Shown one piece after another: positions 48,424 through 57,974 of a DNA stretch of 64,000 bases. The DNA lies in the NCBI GenBank assembly GCA_047602425.1, contig JASGHG010000001.1, forward strand, positions 3,936,001-4,000,000. The letters are read 5' to 3'. The notes under the pieces were generated by a model, which did no database searches, had not been told where the DNA came from, and was given only the letters and a program-made list of their open reading frames with translations. The position numbers and the translations under genes were made by a program. Numbering within the stretch: the first letter of the stretch is position 1; the number at the start of each line of letters is the position of its first letter. The DNA comes from Nibricoccus sp. Its GTDB lineage: Bacteria; Verrucomicrobiota; Verrucomicrobiia; Opitutales; Opitutaceae.

Positions 48424-50175
48424 TTAGTTTGTGGTTCTTTTCAGTCCGGCCAGCACCTCGTCGATGCCGCGCAGCGATAGGGCGGGAAAGAGCGAATTGA
48501 TGCGGGTGATAACCTGCTGGATTATTCCATCGGGGCAGGACGCGCCGCCGGTCAAGAGCACGCGCAGGGGTTGCGCGCCATTGTGTGCAGGAAGTTTGCG
48601 TATCTGAATTTGGTCGTGACCGTGGCCATGCGAGCCTTTCGCCGGGAAAAGGTAGTGTTCCACGCAGTCGGCCGAGCGGATGTTGGCTTCGCCTTGAATA
48701 AAGAAAGCGCGTTCGCCAAGGCGCTGTTCGCACAGTCGATAAAGTTGGTAGGTGTTGGAGGAATTTTTTCCGCCGATCACAAAAGCAAGATCGAGCGGAC
48801 CGGCGAGGGCTTTACTCAGCGCGTCTTGATTGACTTGGGTGGCGTAGCAGAGCGTGTCACGTTTGCCGCCGCCGCCCACGCGCGTGGAGCCTTCGGCTTC
48901 GCCGAGCTTCGCAATGTAAACGCCGCGAAGATGGGTGAGGATCTCGAGCGTTTCGTTCATGAGCAGCGTGGTCTGATTGACGACGGCGATGCGCTCAAGA
49001 TGTCGATTCACGTCGAAGCCGGGCGTGTGTTTCCCGGCGAAGTCTTGATAGAAGCGGGCGCGCACGGACGGATTGTCGCTGGCGATGATTTCGCCAAGCA
49101 GGCGGGCTTCATCCATGTTGCGGACGATCACGGCGTGGGCGTGGCGCCGGGCGTTGGAAAACGTGGCCTTGGTCTCCTCGTGCTCGTGTTTGCCGTGGAT
49201 GACAACGGTGTAGCCCTCCTCGCCGAAGGCGCGGGCGGCTTTCCAGACTTTTTCCACGAGCATGCAAGTGGCATCGTACTGGTAGACGGGCACGCCTTTG
49301 CGCACGAGTCGGCGCTTGTCGTCGTCGGTCGCACCGAACGCGGGAATGATCACGATGTCGTCGGGCGAAAGTTTGTCCCAAAGTAACTGTTCCCCTGGCG
49401 CTCCGGTCGATTTGATACCATCGACGGTGTACGGTGTGCCTTTGTCGGTTTGCAGGTAGCGCAAGCCGCGGCGCAGCAGGTCTTCATTCACAAAAGGATT
49501 GTGGATGAGCTCGCTGAGCATGAAGACGTGGCGGCCCGCGTTTTCGGCGAGGGTTTCGTAGGCGCGTTCGATCGCGTTTTTGACGCCGAGGCAAAACCCG
49601 AAATGGCTGGGAATCACGTACTGCACCGCGCCGAAATCCAGCGAAACCGGCGCGACCGCGGTGCGTTCATGGGTGCGTGCGAGGGCCTTGATGGCTTCGC
49701 AAAGTTTCGACTGATAGAGCGCGTGGGAGGCGGGATCGGCCTGGTAGATGAGCCGGTTGCGTTCGTTGTCGGGACGGAATTTGAAAATGAAATCGTTGTC
49801 GCTGAGATGGAGGTAAGGAATCTCGATCAGATACGGGTCGATCTCGCCGAGGATTTTGGCAAGCAAAGGCGAAAGCGAAGCGGGGTTGGCCTGCAACTGG
49901 TCGAGCGCGGTGAAACGGAGCGACGGGTCAGCGGCCGGTTCTACGACTTGGGAAAAATGAATCCGGTGAACGATGTGGTTGTATTCAACCCGGTAATACT
50001 CGGCGGGCGGCGTGTGAGTTTTGAAAGCCCGGGAAAGATCGCGTGTTGCTGTCTCGAGATCGATTCCATCAAAGGCGACGTCGGCCATTTTCCCGGCAGT
50101 CTGCACCGCGAGTAGATTGCGTGCGTTGAAGGCAAGGATGACGAAGCGTGTGGAAGATGTCGGTTGCGAGACCAT
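48424..50175 (-). CDS. ispH: 4-hydroxy-3-methylbut-2-enyl diphosphate reductase with N-terminal extension
   Basis: GFCLGV, LIHNP, DATC, HGKHEHEE, QTT, DTLCYAT, GGKNSSNT, GASCP; start uncertain. Confidence 0.9.
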   Translation of the reverse strand: MVSQPTSSTRFVILAFNARNLLAVQTAGKMADVAFDGIDLETATRDLSRAFKTHTPPAEYYRVEYNHIVHRIHFSQVVEPAADPSLRFTALDQLQANPASLSPLLAKILGEIDPYLIEIPYLHLSDNDFIFKFRPDNERNRLIYQADPASHALYQSKLCEAIKALARTHERTAVAPVSLDFGAVQYVIPSHFGFCLGVKNAIERAYETLAENAGRHVFMLSELIHNPFVNEDLLRRGLRYLQTDKGTPYTVDGIKSTGAPGEQLLWDKLSPDDIVIIPAFGATDDDKRRLVRKGVPVYQYDATCMLVEKVWKAARAFGEEGYTVVIHGKHEHEETKATFSNARRHAHAVIVRNMDEARLLGEIIASDNPSVRARFYQDFAGKHTPGFDVNRHLERIAVVNQTTLLMNETLEILTHLRGVYIAKLGEAEGSTRVGGGGKRDTLCYATQVNQDALSKALAGPLDLAFVIGGKNSSNTYQLYRLCEQRLGERAFFIQGEANIRSADCVEHYLFPAKGSHGHGHDQIQIRKLPAHNGAQPLRVLLTGGASCPDGIIQQVITRINSLFPALSLRGIDEVLAGLKRTTN

Positions 50176-50234
50176 GAAGGTGCCAACCAACACGAGCCTG
50201 CCGGGACGGTCAAGCGGAGGGGCGGGGCGGGACG

Positions 50235-50269
50235 AACGCTCAACGCTGAACATTTAACGCTGAACGCTT
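50235..50269. repeat. Heptanucleotide tandem repeat (AACGCTN x5)
   Basis: AACGCTC AACGCTG AACATTT AACGCTG AACGCTT. Confidence 0.7.
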
Positions 50270-50562
50270 AAGTACGGGGCAAGATGGAGGCGGCGCGGGC
50301 CGGAAAGAATCTGTGTTAAATGCAAAGCTCGCGAAGGAAGATACTTCGGAGTCAAAGCGCACCAAAGAAGATCGTGTCCGAGGTGGAACGCGCAGTCCCT
50401 TGCGTGTTGAGCGACGTCGCTTTACATGCAACGTTGCTTTTCGAACCGGCGCGCCGGGGACGTTGCGCTCAACCTTGGCTCCTATAAATCGAATTGGCCG
50501 AAGGTAGGACGTATTGACCTCAACGCGTTGGTTCGGTTTCGAACTTTGGTGCAAGCAGCGAT

Positions 50563-50592
50563 TAAACAAAAGCCCCGCGGCTGAGGCGGGAC
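50563..50592 (-). terminator. Intrinsic terminator after the 119-aa gene
   Basis: Minus strand CCCGC-loop-GCGGG-GC followed by TTTTGTTT. Confidence 0.55.
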
Positions 50593-50620
50593 TTGCCGGA
50601 AGGATTGACGTTTCGAGCGT

Positions 50621-50980
50621 TTAGGCGGTCGCCACTTTGGCCTTTTTCGAAGGCGACTTGCGCTCGTCAGTGCGGGTGCCGCCGGCCTTTTCGTATTCGG
50701 TGCTGTTTTTCGTGTACTGCACGCCCACCGCCGCGAGCATGGTGGAGGTGAGGTCGTCGAGTGCGGCTTCAGCCGCTTCCAACTCGTTGAGCAGTCCATC
50801 GACCTCCGCGAGCTTGGTATTGTAGTCGGAGAGCTTGGTGGTGACAGCGTCGATTTCGGCTTGGAAGCCGGCCAAGGAGAGTTTTCCGCCGAGGTTTAGC
50901 GAAGGACCGATGGAAGCGAGACCGTCGGCGCGTTGTTGCGCGCGTTCGATCGAAGGGGAGGTACGTTTACGTCTGGCCAT
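50621..50980 (-). CDS. Small coiled-coil hypothetical protein with basic termini
   Basis: 119 aa: MARRKRTS...long amphipathic helix...YTKNSTEYEKAGGTRTDERKSPSKK; coding-like codon usage. Confidence 0.85.
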   Translation of the reverse strand: MARRKRTSPSIERAQQRADGLASIGPSLNLGGKLSLAGFQAEIDAVTTKLSDYNTKLAEVDGLLNELEAAEAALDDLTSTMLAAVGVQYTKNSTEYEKAGGTRTDERKSPSKKAKVATA

Positions 50981-51220
50981 GTTTATTTCGAGTTTAGGTT
51001 AATATGGCTCACATCCGCCCGCCAAGGGCTGGAGCACTCCATCGAAACGGTGTGAACAACACCCATTCGCTTGAGGTAATTATTTGCCGGGTTCAAGTCC
51101 GTGCCGAACCAACTCAAATGCTATCTATCCTGCTTTGAATTCGTATAAGAAGTATTTAAGTGTAAGAGTCCGACCTGGGTCCCCCTAGATCAGTCGATAT
51201 GGTTGCGGTAGAGTGCGTGG

Positions 51221-51586
51221 ATGGGTGCAATCACAGTGGAAGTAATCGAGACTGGAGAGAAACGTGACCAGCGCGGTCATCGGGTGACACCGGTGGCACG
51301 ACGCGCCGAGTTGGTGCGTGAGTACCAGCACAGCGGCCTGACGCAGGCCGAGTTCGCCCGTCGCGAAGGCATCAAGTACGCGACGTTTGCCGGCTGGGTG
51401 CTGAAGGCAGCGAAACAGCCGCCGGCGCCACGCCCGATACAATTTGCCCAGTTGCGTCTGCCAGCGCCGGTGCCGTCGCCTGCGGTCGAGACGACCGAGT
51501 TGGAGGCGCGCCTGCCCGACGGCACGAGCGTGCGCGGCAACAAGGTGAAAGAACTCGCAGCCCTGGTGCGCGCCCTGCGCGGCTAA
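51221..51586 (+). CDS. tnpA: IS66 accessory protein TnpA (HTH)
   Basis: YQHSGLTQAEFARREGIKYATFAGW HTH. Confidence 0.88.
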   Translation: MGAITVEVIETGEKRDQRGHRVTPVARRAELVREYQHSGLTQAEFARREGIKYATFAGWVLKAAKQPPAPRPIQFAQLRLPAPVPSPAVETTELEARLPDGTSVRGNKVKELAALVRALRG

Positions 51587-51590
51587 ACCG

Positions 51591-51935
51591 ATGTTGGCGT
51601 TTCCTGCGGCGATCAAAATCTACGTGGCGGTGCAACCCGTGGATATGAGAAAACAATTTAACGGCCTGTGGTCAGCGGTCGTCGAACAGCTCAAGGAAGA
51701 TCCCAAAAGCGGCGCGCTCTTCGCCTTCATCAACAAAGAGCGCACGCGCCTCAAACTGTTGTACTGGGATGGCACCGGCATCTGGGTTTTGGCCAAGCGC
51801 CTCGAAAAAGGCCGCTTCTCGTGGCCGGTGGGCACCGACAAAACCAAGCTCTCGCTCACGCCCGAGGCGCTGGCACTTTTGACCGGTGGAGTCGAACTCA
51901 AGCACGGTTCGCTCAAGCCCTGGTACGAGCGATAA
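51591..51935 (+). CDS. tnpB: IS66 accessory protein TnpB
   Basis: PVDMRKQFNGL, KLLYWDGTG..KRLEKGRF.WP. Confidence 0.95.
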   Translation: MLAFPAAIKIYVAVQPVDMRKQFNGLWSAVVEQLKEDPKSGALFAFINKERTRLKLLYWDGTGIWVLAKRLEKGRFSWPVGTDKTKLSLTPEALALLTGGVELKHGSLKPWYER

Positions 51936-51990
51936 AATAATCCAAATATTATTGGAACATAAACGCTGGTTCGTGTTCTGAGTTGGCGCG

Positions 51991-53466
51991 ATGCCGACCG
52001 TGGAAAAAGTCTACGCCGAAAACCTCGAACTAAAAAACGAGAACGCGGCGTTGCGTGCGCAGGTCGACTGGCTCAAGCGCCAGGTCTTCGGCCCTGGCAA
52101 AAGTGAAACGCTCGACCGGCTGCAAACCGTCCTCGCCCTCGAAGAAGCCGCCAAGTCACAGGCGCCGGCCAAGACCGAGACGATCACCTACGAACGCAAA
52201 ATCACAGCGAAGGAAAAACGCCCGGTTCCCGCCGAGACCTTCAAGGATCTGCCCGTCGCCGAAACGATCGAGATCATCCCCGACGAAGTGAAGGCCCAGC
52301 CCGACCTCTACGAAAAGATCTCCGAGGAGAAGACCTTCGAAGTAGACATCGTCGCTCCGCAGTTGGTGAAGCGTGTGATCATCCGCTCGAAGTACCGCCA
52401 TAAGCTCAACCGCGCACTGCCTCCCGTCATCGCCCCCGCACCAGCTAGGCCGGTGGCAGGTGGTTATGCTTCGGCCGGACTGCTCGCCTGGATCGCGCTC
52501 TCCAAATACGTTGATCATCTGCCTTTGTTCAGGTTGGAGAAAATGTCATCGCGTTGGGGCGCTCAACTCTCGCGCCAGACGATGGCTGACTGGATCGCCA
52601 TCACCGCCGAATGGCTGGAGCCGATTTACAAAACGATGCTCCGGCGCCTGCTCGCCGGAAATTACCTTCAAGCCGACGAGACTCCGATCCGCTGCAACGA
52701 TCCCGATGAAAAACGTGGCGGTACCACCGAAGGCTGGCTGTGGGTCATCAGCCGGCCCGGCGATGACGTTGTCTTCGACTGGCGCCTCTCCCGGCGCCAC
52801 GGCGAACTCACGTCATTGATAAATGGATACACCGGCATCCTTCAATCGGATGGCTGGGGCGCCTACGCCTCGCACGCCAAGCAACACCCCGGCATCACTT
52901 GGGTTGCATGTTGGGCCCATGCCCGTCGACGCTTCTTCGAATCGCAAAGCGAACATCCCAAGGCCGCCGCACTGATCCTGCGCCTCATCGGGCAGCTCTA
53001 CCAAAAAGAACGCGAATGGGACACAGCCAGTGTATCCACAAACCAACGACGCGAACTGCGCCAGCACTACTTTGCCCGACCGCTGCGCTGGCTCAAACGC
53101 ATCGTACTGGCTTTGCGTGAACGCGTGCTCCCAAAATCCGGATTGGGCAAAGCCTGCGACTATCTGCTCCGCCACTGGACACCGCTCACCGCACACCTCG
53201 ATCACGGCGAGACCAAGCTGGATAATAATTTAGTCGAGAATGCCATCAGGCCCTCTGCCATAGGAAAGAAGAACTGGCTCTTCATCGGCCACCCCGATGC
53301 CGGCCAGCGCTCGGCGATCATCTACTCGATTGTCATCTCCTGCCAGCGCCACGGCAAAGACCCGCATGCGTACATGAAGGACGTCCTCACACGCTTGCCG
53401 AGGCTGAGCTCCAAAGACGACCTTGCCACGCTGCTACCCATCAACTGGCAACCGGCATGTCTCTGA
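51991..53466 (+). CDS. tnpC: IS66 transposase TnpC
   Basis: KYVDHLPLFR, QADETP, LQSDGW, CWAHARRRF, DNNLVENAIRP, KKNWLF. Confidence 0.96.
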   Translation: MPTVEKVYAENLELKNENAALRAQVDWLKRQVFGPGKSETLDRLQTVLALEEAAKSQAPAKTETITYERKITAKEKRPVPAETFKDLPVAETIEIIPDEVKAQPDLYEKISEEKTFEVDIVAPQLVKRVIIRSKYRHKLNRALPPVIAPAPARPVAGGYASAGLLAWIALSKYVDHLPLFRLEKMSSRWGAQLSRQTMADWIAITAEWLEPIYKTMLRRLLAGNYLQADETPIRCNDPDEKRGGTTEGWLWVISRPGDDVVFDWRLSRRHGELTSLINGYTGILQSDGWGAYASHAKQHPGITWVACWAHARRRFFESQSEHPKAAALILRLIGQLYQKEREWDTASVSTNQRRELRQHYFARPLRWLKRIVLALRERVLPKSGLGKACDYLLRHWTPLTAHLDHGETKLDNNLVENAIRPSAIGKKNWLFIGHPDAGQRSAIIYSIVISCQRHGKDPHAYMKDVLTRLPRLSSKDDLATLLPINWQPACL

Positions 53467-53823
53467 TCTGCTCTGAAATGATCAGATCATAATCCTCAGC
53501 ATTATGACCTCCCTCTGATCAGATCCGGATCAGAGCCCTCTTCAGAACTCTCAGCATTATGATCCGTCAATGAGGTCCTCTGAGCGACGCTTACATTTAA
53601 GTGTTTTCGATCCGGACTTGAGTCCGAACGATCTAAACTTCAGTCCGGACGAGTTGGCCCGAAGTGCGAGTCATTGGCATTTGAACCGAACCAATCCCGG
53701 ATTGAGTGCGGCTAACCTGCACTTGAGCGGATACGAACCAGAATAGAGTACGTGCGAGCAGAACTTGAGCCCGAACGAGCAGGATTTGAGCGCAACTCAA
53801 GCTAACTTGGAGACATACCGCTT

Positions 53824-54483
53824 TTAGAGAAAACGCATTAGCACGTGAACGACCTGAAGTGGAGACGAAGCCTGATCTAGGTGATTTGTGTAATAGATGT
53901 GCGATGGGCCATTCTTAATCGTGACGGGTAGCCATCCTCCTTTTGGAACGATCCGATGATTTGGATGGATTAGTCGCTTCGACAATTTTTCGGCCCAATT
54001 GACTGCTGTGTCCTCTTGCACGTACCCCAGCATTCCGACGTCGGTATGTGTCCGCGAGTAATGCCCTGTAAGAAAAGCCGAAAGCCCCTCGTCTCCCACA
54101 TACTCCGCAACTCCCGATCCGCTGTAAAGTCGCTTAGCCTCGAACCGCAATCGAGGGCGCAGACCTCGTTTGTGCTGCTCGAACTCGATGTCCACTATGG
54201 CGCGTCGCTTGCCCTGCTTGCCGGAGGCATTCGACCGAACCTGCTCCGATACTGAATAGCGCTCTGTCCAGATCGGAGCATCCGACTCTTCCATCGCGTC
54301 TTTCATGTGACGGACTAACTCGCCGGTGATGGCGTCTTCTTCCGCTGCGGAAAAATTTTCGCCCGTCATGCGACGATAACCCAGCTCGATCAACACCAAC
54401 GCCTGTTCGCGCAACTCGACGATGTAGACTTCGTGCAGTGGCACGTTCGCCGGTTCACCCTCTTCTCCGTCGCTCTCGATCAT
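53824..54483 (-). CDS. Putative PD-(D/E)xK nuclease
   Basis: EDAIT...VDIEF...RFEAKRL...GL..F..G.Y; ATGA overlap with the upstream MTase stop codon. Confidence 0.65.
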   Translation of the reverse strand: MIESDGEEGEPANVPLHEVYIVELREQALVLIELGYRRMTGENFSAAEEDAITGELVRHMKDAMEESDAPIWTERYSVSEQVRSNASGKQGKRRAIVDIEFEQHKRGLRPRLRFEAKRLYSGSGVAEYVGDEGLSAFLTGHYSRTHTDVGMLGYVQEDTAVNWAEKLSKRLIHPNHRIVPKGGWLPVTIKNGPSHIYYTNHLDQASSPLQVVHVLMRFL

Positions 54484-57400
54484 ATGTGAGAGCCTTTGGT
54501 TATAGTCTCTGCGATTATCTGGTCGGCATCGATCACTGCCTGGCGACGGGTCCAGTGTAGGCGCTGCATTGGCTTCAATTGGCAGAGCACGCCTTGGTCA
54601 TATATCTTCAAGTTGCGGTCGAAGTAGAGCCACTGGCTGTGCTTTTGGCGGACCTGCGAACGCAATTTCTGAAGGGCCTGCGCAGCATCGCCATCAGCAG
54701 GCAACAAGTTCGGCATAATGGGAGCCGTGGCCTTCGTCAGCGTGACAGAAAACAACGCGGCATCTCCATCGGCCACAGCCTCAAGGCGGTGATGAAGACC
54801 GCGATTGGTGGTCAAGAATTCGTCCAAGCAATCCCGTAGCGTAGTTAGGTAGAGCTTCAGTTCGCTTTCGGACGGTTCCCGCAGTGTCTCAGTCGTGACC
54901 TTCCCCTGATTCAATTCAAGATTGAGGTGAACGAAGTCCTCCACCAACCAGCGCTCGTTCGTCCGCAGGTCCGAGAGCCTTGAATACTTTTTTATTCAAT
55001 TCCTCGATGAGCGCTTCCATGCGCTGCTTGCCAGACTCATTCCAATCCAACTCAGATTGATTGAACTGCTTGGCCGATTGAGATGCCAAGTCCTTCTGTA
55101 GTTCGGACCATTCGTTCAGGTCGGCGGCCGAGAAATCGACCAATGGCACCGGCAGTTCTTTGAGCGTATCCAAGTCTGCTCGGTTCATGTCGATGCCCCA
55201 CTGAGGTGAAGCAAAGAATTGGTGGTAGATACAGAAATCCGAACTCAGAAAGAGACTTAGCGCCCGCAACAGATTTTCCTTTTCGCGCGGGCCTCCGATA
55301 CCAACTTGCCGGGGCGGAATCGCTATAAATTCCTTGGAAAACACTGCGAATCGGCGTGAGGCATCGAGCACGATATGCGGCGGTTCAGATACGGCCGTTG
55401 GCAACTTTGACCGCCCCGCGCGGACGTAGCTTTCGTTAGCAGAAATTTTGTCGAGTGCTTCAGCAGGAAAAGAGAAGAGCCGAGCAGTGCCACGTAACGC
55501 TGAGGTATTGAGTCGAAGTTTTCCTGCAAGCTCGGGATGGTGTTCGAGTTTTTCAGATTTTGCGTCGCCGCTTACTCGCAACTGCAACCCTTCATGGGCG
55601 AACAGCCCCACCTGTTTGGCGAAACCCCCAAATTGCCCAAACCTCTTTCTAAGACGCTGGAATAATCGTTCGTCTCGCGAACAACCCCACATCGCCAATT
55701 TCCAGTGGAGGCCGTTACCTTGAGTAGCGGTCAAATTATCCACTTCCTGCAACTCAGCGCCATTTACCACAATATTCCAAGTGTCGACTTGGCGATTTGG
55801 TTTCTGCGGGCGGTTTGCAACCTGTTCTACAACGAAAGGAGCAAAAGTTAGTAGGACATGGTCAGCTGCCGGCTTTCGGCCTTTGAAGAAGACCGCAGAT
55901 GCAGAGATTTTGGCCCGGCCAGCAAAGAGTACGTAGGATAGATTGGCGAAATTGGCGACGCACCAGACCTCGCAACCACCGAAAAACTGCCGACGAAATG
56001 CGACAGATTCCTTCTTGAACCAAGTCATCGCGGGCACGAGTAAGCCGGCAACTCCCTTTGGATTCAAATGAGTGTTTGTTTTCCACAAGAAGGCTTCGGC
56101 AATCTGATTTCCGCCTGTCGGATGGCTAGCCTTGTGCGCGGTGATCCATCGGCCTGCAAAATAATGCTCATGATCCGACGTAGGAACATTTCGAACCTCA
56201 GCCCAAGGTGGATTACCGACAACCCAGTCGAACGACTCACCACTGAACTTAGCCTGCCAAGCGCCCTGGGTATCGAAAAAGTCGTCCTTGAAGATGTTCG
56301 ACTGGCGCAGAGTGGGGAGCTTGAACGTTGTGCTTTCAAGATCTGGCGGATTGATGTAGTCGAGCAGCGTGAGTACGAGGCTCAGCTCGGCCACCCGACA
56401 TGCGTCGTCGTCCCGGTCGATGCCGAAAATATGCTTCACTAACAGCTCTCGGAGTTCTGGGCCTGTGAGTGAACGTCGTTCTGACCGCATCCTTTTTTCG
56501 ATCAAACGGCGGTAGCACTGCACTAAAAAAATCCCGGACCCGCATGACGGGTCGAGTACCCGCATTCCTTCCCGCAAAGGAAGTTTTTGCTCTAGTTCCG
56601 CAATCACATAATCGGCCAAAGCAATCGGCGTATAGTAGGCTCCTAAGGTCTTGCCGCGTGACTCCTCATCCGGCTTGTCCCTGTCGTGGAGGAATTGCTC
56701 ATAAACGCACGACAGGGTCTCAATGGGAATGTGCGAAAAATCGTAGGCCCGGAAATCGAGATGCAATTGGCCCGTCGCAGCGTCACCGCTGAATACACCG
56801 GCCACCAAACGGAGCTGCGCCTGGGAAATATTTGCAAGCGAATCCTCGCCCAGTTTGAAAACCGATCCGTTCAGCCATTCTTGCAGTTGGTCGTTGACCG
56901 TCCGGAACGCCTTGAGCGTGGCATTTCGACTGAATAAATCACTGGGATCCACACCCCATTTTTTAAGTTTCCGGTCGGAGAGAATCTCGCGATGCCGAAG
57001 ATAATAAAGGTAGACGAACTTTCCGATCAGTCCATGTGAAGTATCCCGCGGCATGTGCTCCTGCAAGCTCTGGTCCAAATCTCGCAAGTGCCGGAGCAAT
57101 GTTTCGTCAACCCGTGCCGATGGGTCCACTTCGTGGCCCCACCGCTTCCAAACCAGACCCTCGTCGATCGCAGTCGCACTGAATTCACTCACCTGGCTTA
57201 ACGTGTCCCCAACCAAACGTGCCACGCTTAGCAGAGACCGATCCTCATCGCGTTTGTAGATGAAGCCTGGATAAACCCGCACTGTCGTGCGCGAGAAGAT
57301 GATGATAAAAGGAACGAGGTTTTGGTTCCAAACGATCTTGTGGATCTCGCGTGCCGTCGTGTCAGATTCGGTTTCGAACACGTAGACGACGGGCACTGCT

Positions 57401-57603
57401 GGCGTGTCGGCTTTTTCTTGGAGAACATACGTGCCGTGGAATCGGCAGTCTTGCTGACGAGCCGTGAGTTCGCGACAGACATCAGATGTGTGACGCAACG
57501 CAAATGAGAGCTCACTCGCAGGCAAATCCTTCGCCTTCACCGGAGTGATAAACTTCGGTGAACTTCCATAGCCGAGTGTATCGATGAGTGATGACTGTGG
57601 CAT
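54480..57603 (-). pseudogene. Large N6-adenine DNA methyltransferase (Eco57I/type IIG-like), +1 frameshift at ~54968
   Basis: GAYYTP, VLDPSCGSGIFL, IFGID, VVGNPPW; removing one C joins KVFKALG to LRTNERWLVEDFVHL (ORFs 54916-57603 and 54480-54947). Confidence 0.85.
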
Positions 57604-57974
57604 TTAGGATTCTGTGATTGAGAAAAGCTGAACCGGTGGTGACGTCACTACTGATTTTAGCTTTCGTGCGAGTATTTTAGCGGAACCTAGTGACAACGTT
57701 ATGTCAGGAGTGGCGACAGTTGATCTAGGGACCAAGCCAACAGGGTCGTGTTTAAGTTGGAGATAGTTGGGATACGGATATTCCCGCGGAGATCGTTAGA
57801 GCGCGGAACAAGCTCGCCTTTGAGCAGGCGTCTGCAGTGGAGAGCCGGGGAAGAGCTTCCTATCCTGCAGTACTTTGTTTGCAGCTGTAAAATGGTTCTT
57901 GTGATTGTGTAGACAACGTTGGCTGCCAAGCGACGCCTAACATCCAACCTCGAACGTCCAAGTGCCGGAGAGGC

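Larger units (their letters stand above)
51162..53594 (+). mobile_element. IS66 family insertion sequence
   Basis: Ends GTAAGAGTC... and ...GACGCTTAC; 8-bp TSD ATTTAAGT at 51154-51161 and 53595-53602; tnpA-tnpB-tnpC order. Confidence 0.96.
51084..53818. repeat. Degenerate 14 x 21-bp phased array (51084-51161 + 53603-53818), interrupted by IS66
   Basis: After removing the IS and one TSD copy, consecutive 21-mers carry a TTGAGT-like core at positions 10-15 without a phase break. Confidence 0.8.

Noticed and set aside
51591..51935. TnpB as an RNA-guided nuclease
   Set aside because: This is the 114-aa IS66 accessory TnpB, unrelated to IS200/IS605 TnpB; no RuvC motifs.
53603..53818. 21-bp array as a heptad-repeat protein gene or a CRISPR
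   Set aside because: The Leu-periodic plus frame has an internal TAG and no clear start, other frames checked also stop, and there are no identical repeats or cas genes. A decayed coding origin cannot be fully excluded.
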